Part shown: piece after piece, positions 60,368 through 64,000 of the stretch
How the letters are laid out: the number at the start of each line of letters is the position of its first letter
Position numbering within the stretch: position 1 is the first letter of the stretch
Assembly (NCBI GenBank): GCA_965208325.1
Contig: OZ242326.1
Location: 736,001-800,000 of the forward strand
Source of the DNA: Candidatus Poribacteria bacterium
Lineage (GTDB): Bacteria > Poribacteria > WGA-4E > PCPOR2b
Length of the DNA stretch: 64,000 nt
Direction: 5' to 3'
The notes under the pieces: model-generated
What the model saw: only the letters and a program-made list of their open reading frames with translations
Databases searched by the model: none
Told to the model about the DNA's origin: nothing
Translations under genes and position numbers: made by a program

Positions 60368-61162
60368 CTAATAATCTTGGTCGGACTTGTCATGATCATG
60401 TTTCGACTTGTCATAGTCGTGTTTTGGTTTCCCATGTCCATGGTCATGTTTCCACTTGCCATAACCATAGTCGTGTTTCGACTTGCCGTGTCCACAATCG
60501 CGCTTCGACTTGCCATGGTCATCATAGTGTTTCGACCTGCCATGTCCTTGGCGGCGATGCCGCCGGTCCCGCCGATGATCACGATCCTTAAATTTTTTCT
60601 TGCCGTGTCCACGCCAGTCTTTAAACATCTCGAAACCGCCGCGTTTGCCGGCGACGCCGGAAAGCGTCAGTAACGCTTCCTGCCGCGGGGTTAACCCTTC
60701 AAGAAGAGAGGCCTCCAACGCCTTTAATTCTGTCTCTAGCGCGGACCGCTTATTTTTGAATTCATCAAGTGTAGACGCGACCGTCGCGTCATCGCCCGCG
60801 ACCATGGTTTTCTTGAGGTCTTTTAACATCGGCCCTAACGCCTTGGCGCGCATCATTCGATGCTGTAGCACAGCTTCAATCTTCGGCGCTAGGCTTTTTG
60901 CGTCTTCGTCCGAGAGATTCAGCTTCGCAAGGACTTTCTTCGTTTTCCATTCGATACGTTTCGCGGCCTTTAGCTTCGCCATCTCCATTTTCTCAGCCTT
61001 TTCCTGCTCCCACTTCTCGGATTCAGAATCTTCTGTTTCAGCTTCCGCATGCGCGAGGAAGAAGCAGCTCCCGGCGAGAACAAAGGCAATCGTTACCAAA
61101 AGCGCAATTGAACGATTAAATGCCAACTTAGACAACTTAGGTTTGTGCGACAAAATAGACAT
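60368..61162 (-). CDS. Exported helical protein with His/Lys/Asp-rich C-terminal tandem repeats
   Basis: Signal peptide (AHA|EA), Spy/CpxP-like LTPRQ helix, and GHGKSKHDY-type repeats. Confidence 0.75.
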   Translation of the reverse strand: MSILSHKPKLSKLAFNRSIALLVTIAFVLAGSCFFLAHAEAETEDSESEKWEQEKAEKMEMAKLKAAKRIEWKTKKVLAKLNLSDEDAKSLAPKIEAVLQHRMMRAKALGPMLKDLKKTMVAGDDATVASTLDEFKNKRSALETELKALEASLLEGLTPRQEALLTLSGVAGKRGGFEMFKDWRGHGKKKFKDRDHRRDRRHRRQGHGRSKHYDDHGKSKRDCGHGKSKHDYGYGKWKHDHGHGKPKHDYDKSKHDHDKSDQDY

Positions 61163-61413
61163 CTTCTTTTCCTCCGTAGTTTAGTGAATTCTGTTGATTC
61201 GTTGTGATACAACCCGTGTCACTGTCCCTTTTGACAAATGGTGTCACAAAATGTTCGCAGTTTCCGCAAAAAGAAAAAAGACGTTCCTTTTCCTCACCAT
61301 TTACTAAAGGGGAGCGACAGGGGGTTTTGTGCGCGGCGAATTTGGGCAGCTGGCACACATAAAACACAGTTTTTACAGTCTACAAAAAAGGGGGTAAATT
61401 TGTGCAAGATTTC

Positions 61414-61520
61414 GTAGATTGGGTAGAGCGGGAATGATTGAGATGACCCCGAGATTTACAAATGGTGAGAATTTTGAGGTCGATGGCAAGTGTTAATGGC
61501 GTAGCGAAACCCAACGTTTT
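61414..61520. repeat. Second, partial copy of the REP-like element
   Basis: GTAGATTGGGTAGAGCG...GCGAAACCCAACGTTTT matches the left half of the 56796 element. Confidence 0.6.
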
Positions 61521-62129
61521 TGAGGCGTCTGGTTAATGGAGCGGCGAAAACGAACCAGGAAGATGGCTTCAAGAACTGGTATGCTGGGAATTGACGTACC
61601 TTCGAAATTCAAGGTAACCAAAAGGTAACCAAAAAAAAAAGATCGGTATTGAACTTGATGTCACAAATCTTAACATTTTGTCAAGTTTTGTCACATTACG
61701 TTACGTGCCCTGTAACATGAGAACTTCGTGATTCGAAAAGGCGGCAGATCCGCTTGTAATGCAGGTTTATTGTATGTTTATGTTTGAAAACATTTTGAGT
61801 TTAAATCACACCATGCCGTTTTTTTGAGTCGCCTTTAAGACGCAAACCCGTCCACATAAAAACTACCAAATTCCGATATTCACGGCGTTTTTTAGGATTG
61901 TTGGTTACCTTTAAACGCCAATAAATGTCACAACATTTCGCATTGTCGGAAATTTCGGCTGATTTGGGATTTGCAGCATATTGGATTGATACAGGAGGAG
62001 ATTTTGACCCTGATTTCAGCGCGTTGGATGGGGGTGCCCGCTAGCAGATTATGGGCATGAGGGATACCAAGCCGTATGCGGCGAACAGCAAACTTAAATC
62101 ATTATCACTGTAGGTTCATCAGGATTCGG

Positions 62130-62501
62130 TTAAGACCCGAATCGTAGGATGTGACCGTCTGGGTCCTCGACTCTTAGCTCGTATGCCCACGGATAGTTTG
62201 TCGGCGTTTCTCGAAACGCCGCGCCCTTGGCTTTGAATTCCTCATAAATTGCGTCTGTATCCGAAACGCCAATCCAGAGCCAGGTGCCGGGCTGGCCTTG
62301 TCCCCCTTCGCATAGCAAGATGGGAAAATCATCGCGAGACACACTTGCGAAGTTGGGCGGATCGCCCCAGTCCCATTCTTTTTTAAAGCCGAGGCGGTTA
62401 ATATAATAGTCAACGCTCACAGCGACGTCCTTAACATATAAAATGGGTGTGATGCACTCTAACTCAATTCTAGTTTCTTTTTTATCGTTTGTTTCCGACA
62501 T
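62130..62501 (-). CDS. Glyoxalase/bleomycin resistance (VOC) family protein
   Basis: PILYVKDV..S..YY...LGF and PW..ELRVEDPDGHILRF. Confidence 0.9.
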   Translation of the reverse strand: MSETNDKKETRIELECITPILYVKDVAVSVDYYINRLGFKKEWDWGDPPNFASVSRDDFPILLCEGGQGQPGTWLWIGVSDTDAIYEEFKAKGAAFRETPTNYPWAYELRVEDPDGHILRFGS

Positions 62502-62621
62502 TTGAAGATTCTCCTTTGTTTACAATTCGCATAGTCATATTGAAACGTTACTTCGCTTTTTTAGATGCAACGATACTTTAACCATGTTTAAATTATATCC
62601 GAAATCTAATACGTTTTGAAA

Positions 62622-62653
62622 GAAACCGAGTTTTGAAGAAAAAACTCCGTTTC
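62622..62653. repeat. Palindromic element, AGAAACCGAGTTT family
   Basis: GAAACCGAGTTTT-gaagaa-AAAACTCCGTTTC. Confidence 0.55.
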
Positions 62654-62737
62654 ACTGCTGGTCATTGTGTGATTGTGGAAGCGTTAAAATTGCGCTAAAG
62701 CGGCACGTTTGATGTTTCAAAAACGGCTGAGCGCTTC

Positions 62738-63065
62738 CTATTGATGTGCTTCCATATACGCCCGCAACACGGCGTTCATGCGGGGCTGGTAACCTTTTCC
62801 CTGAGATTTGAATCACTTGAGCACATCGCTGTCAGGGATTATTATCGCGCGGAAAATCCTATCGCCTTCGCTATTCGCTCAGTTGATCCTCATCTTTCGG
62901 CTGAGCGTCGGGGTCCGATACCGCTGCCGCGTTAATTTCGGCCTCGGTCATATTTTTGACCCTCTCCCAATCGGTTTGCGTGTTTTTCGGGAGGTTTTTG
63001 AGAGAAACTCTCAAGGTACGTTCTTCTTTCACGGCAATTCGCTCCACTTGTTGAAATGATGAGGC
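62738..63065 (-). pseudogene. brnA: Decayed BrnT/BrnA toxin-antitoxin module
   Basis: BrnA-like TDWERVKNMTEAEINAAAVSDPDAQP ends in a stop. The C-terminal part DSDVLK*FKSQGKGYQPRMNAVLRAYM is in another frame with W replaced by TGA. Only a BrnT-like C-terminal remnant IISTSGANCRERRTY lies upstream. Confidence 0.75.
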
Positions 63066-63077
63066 CGACCTACAAAT

Positions 63078-63106
63078 AGTCTACAATGTGTACATACAAA
63101 TGTCAA
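63078..63106 (-). promoter_or_regulatory. Sigma-70 promoter in front of the brnTA remnant
   Basis: Minus strand TTGACA-17nt-TAGACT. Confidence 0.6.
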
Positions 63107-63165
63107 ACATATGTGGGCTACCCCATGAAACGGTATCCCTATTCAATCTCAACTCTTTGCCTCGA

Positions 63166-63476
63166 GTAAAAACCTCTACCACGATGGAAAATGGACTGAA
63201 GGCTTTTTCATTCCAGCGCAGATGTCATAATTTCGCGCGGTAGTATCAATCTCTACCGCGATGAAAATCGAATTGGTAGCTTTTTCATTCCAGCGTAGAT
63301 GTCATATTTTCGCGTGACAGCAACAGCTTTTACCGCGTGAATAGCGGACTGACGGCTTTTCATTCCAGCGTACCTGTCATATTTTCCCATGACAGTAACA
63401 ACCTCTACCGCGAGGAAAATCGGACTGAAAGTTTTATTCAATAATGCATAATGCGTAACCCGTAAAGAGTAACAAC
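63166..63476 (+). CRISPR. Degenerate CRISPR mini-array: four repeats plus a partial fifth, first three spacers homologous
   Basis: 36-37-nt repeats at 63166, 63243, 63320 and 63395, consensus about GTAACAACCTCTACCGCGATGAAAA(T/G)CGGACTGAAAG; partial GTAACAAC at 63469; spacers of 40, 40, 39 and 37 nt. Confidence 0.72.
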
Positions 63477-63559
63477 ATTTAATGCTAGGTAAGGCGATAG
63501 TCTTGCCTGTTGAACTTCAGTCCGCCTCCAACGCAAAGTGATTAAGTGGGCTGGATATC

Positions 63560-64000
63560 CTACCGTGAACGCCGAGCGCCGGAACCTCTTGAGACGAGTC
63601 CAACTGTCAGGAAATTGGCGGCTAGCCCCCAAACCCCGGCGTGGATACCCATGGGTTTCGTTGCGATTCCCAGCCCAGCAAGGTTGGCGAACATGATTGC
63701 CAGTGCAACGCAGGTTCCGATCACGAGCCCCGACAAAACCGCATCGGAACGCAGCGATTTCAAATGTACGCCGAGAAAGATCGCGGGCGCGGCTTGACAC
63801 AACAGTTCGAGTTTAATCTCTGTTAACCGCCAGAGTGTTTGTGGGAGTTGAATTGCCAGAATCACGAGTATTGCCATAAGCCCCCACGAGAAAACTTTAC
63901 CCGTGACGGTCAGGCGATGCTGAGAAGACTTTGGACGAATCCGCATATACAGGTCCTGCGTGAATACGGAGGAGATCGCGAGGAGCGCGGAGTCAACGGT
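63560..64000 (-). CDS. Sodium:solute symporter family protein, C-terminal part (enters from the right edge)
   Basis: Frame open to the edge: TVDSALLAISSVFTQDLY..., an SSS-type motif, followed by TM helices. Confidence 0.82.
   Translation of the reverse strand, partial: TVDSALLAISSVFTQDLYMRIRPKSSQHRLTVTGKVFSWGLMAILVILAIQLPQTLWRLTEIKLELLCQAAPAIFLGVHLKSLRSDAVLSGLVIGTCVALAIMFANLAGLGIATKPMGIHAGVWGLAANFLTVGLVSRGSGARRSR

Noticed and set aside
62811..62818. In-frame TGA in the brnA C-terminal fragment as a possible Sec codon
   Set aside because: It replaces the conserved Trp (TGG to TGA) in a gene that also has another stop and a frameshift.
63100..63131. Possible extra upstream CRISPR repeat ending TGAAAC
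   Set aside because: The spacing fits but the rest of the sequence does not resemble the consensus.
63253..63441. 62-aa ORF with repeated KYDxYAGMK
   Set aside because: It is the antisense translation of the repeat-spacer units; unit lengths of 75-77 nt do not consistently preserve frame.
1..64000. Many short overlapping or antisense ORFs in the track; tRNA and rRNA genes
   Set aside because: The short ORFs are shadows of longer motif-bearing genes; no tRNA or rRNA was recognised.

Overview
Chromosomal window from a diderm bacterium, most likely Candidatus Poribacteria. That assignment is an inference from the many secreted LamG/PD40 proteins sharing a C-terminal 'V(S/E)PxxKLxxTWxx(L/V)K' tail, plus ankyrin/TPR proteins and a membrane-anchored ECF sigma factor. 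Left to right the window holds: the 5' part of hisS; a nucleotidyltransferase; a membrane spermidine-synthase-like/TPR protein; six LamG and two PD40 secreted proteins around a GH116/PfkB/oxidoreductase/epimerase sugar cluster; a degenerate pyrophosphatase; mtnA; a lone E2; an orphan cas6; a MoxR/ABC/VWA/DUF58 cluster interrupted by a secreted MTA nucleosidase, a type II RM pair and a hidden gene; a TonB-dependent receptor; a 2619-aa TPR/alpha-2-macroglobulin; an ECF fusion protein; ankyrin and His-rich proteins; a decayed brnT/brnA module; and a degenerate CRISPR mini-array. The best leads are three. (1) A gene at 40586-41263 whose 5' part is missed by the ORF track; it has two in-frame UGA codons (U-S-A-U), a SECIS-like hairpin, its own promoter, RBS and signal peptide, making it a candidate exported UxxU selenoprotein. 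(2) A CRISPR-type mini-array at 63166-63476 whose first three spacers are diverged copies of one sequence, with the only cas gene (cas6) 37 kb away. (3) A shared C-terminal tail on eight secreted proteins of two unrelated folds, a candidate sorting signal. All calls come from reading the sequence by eye; no database searches were run.
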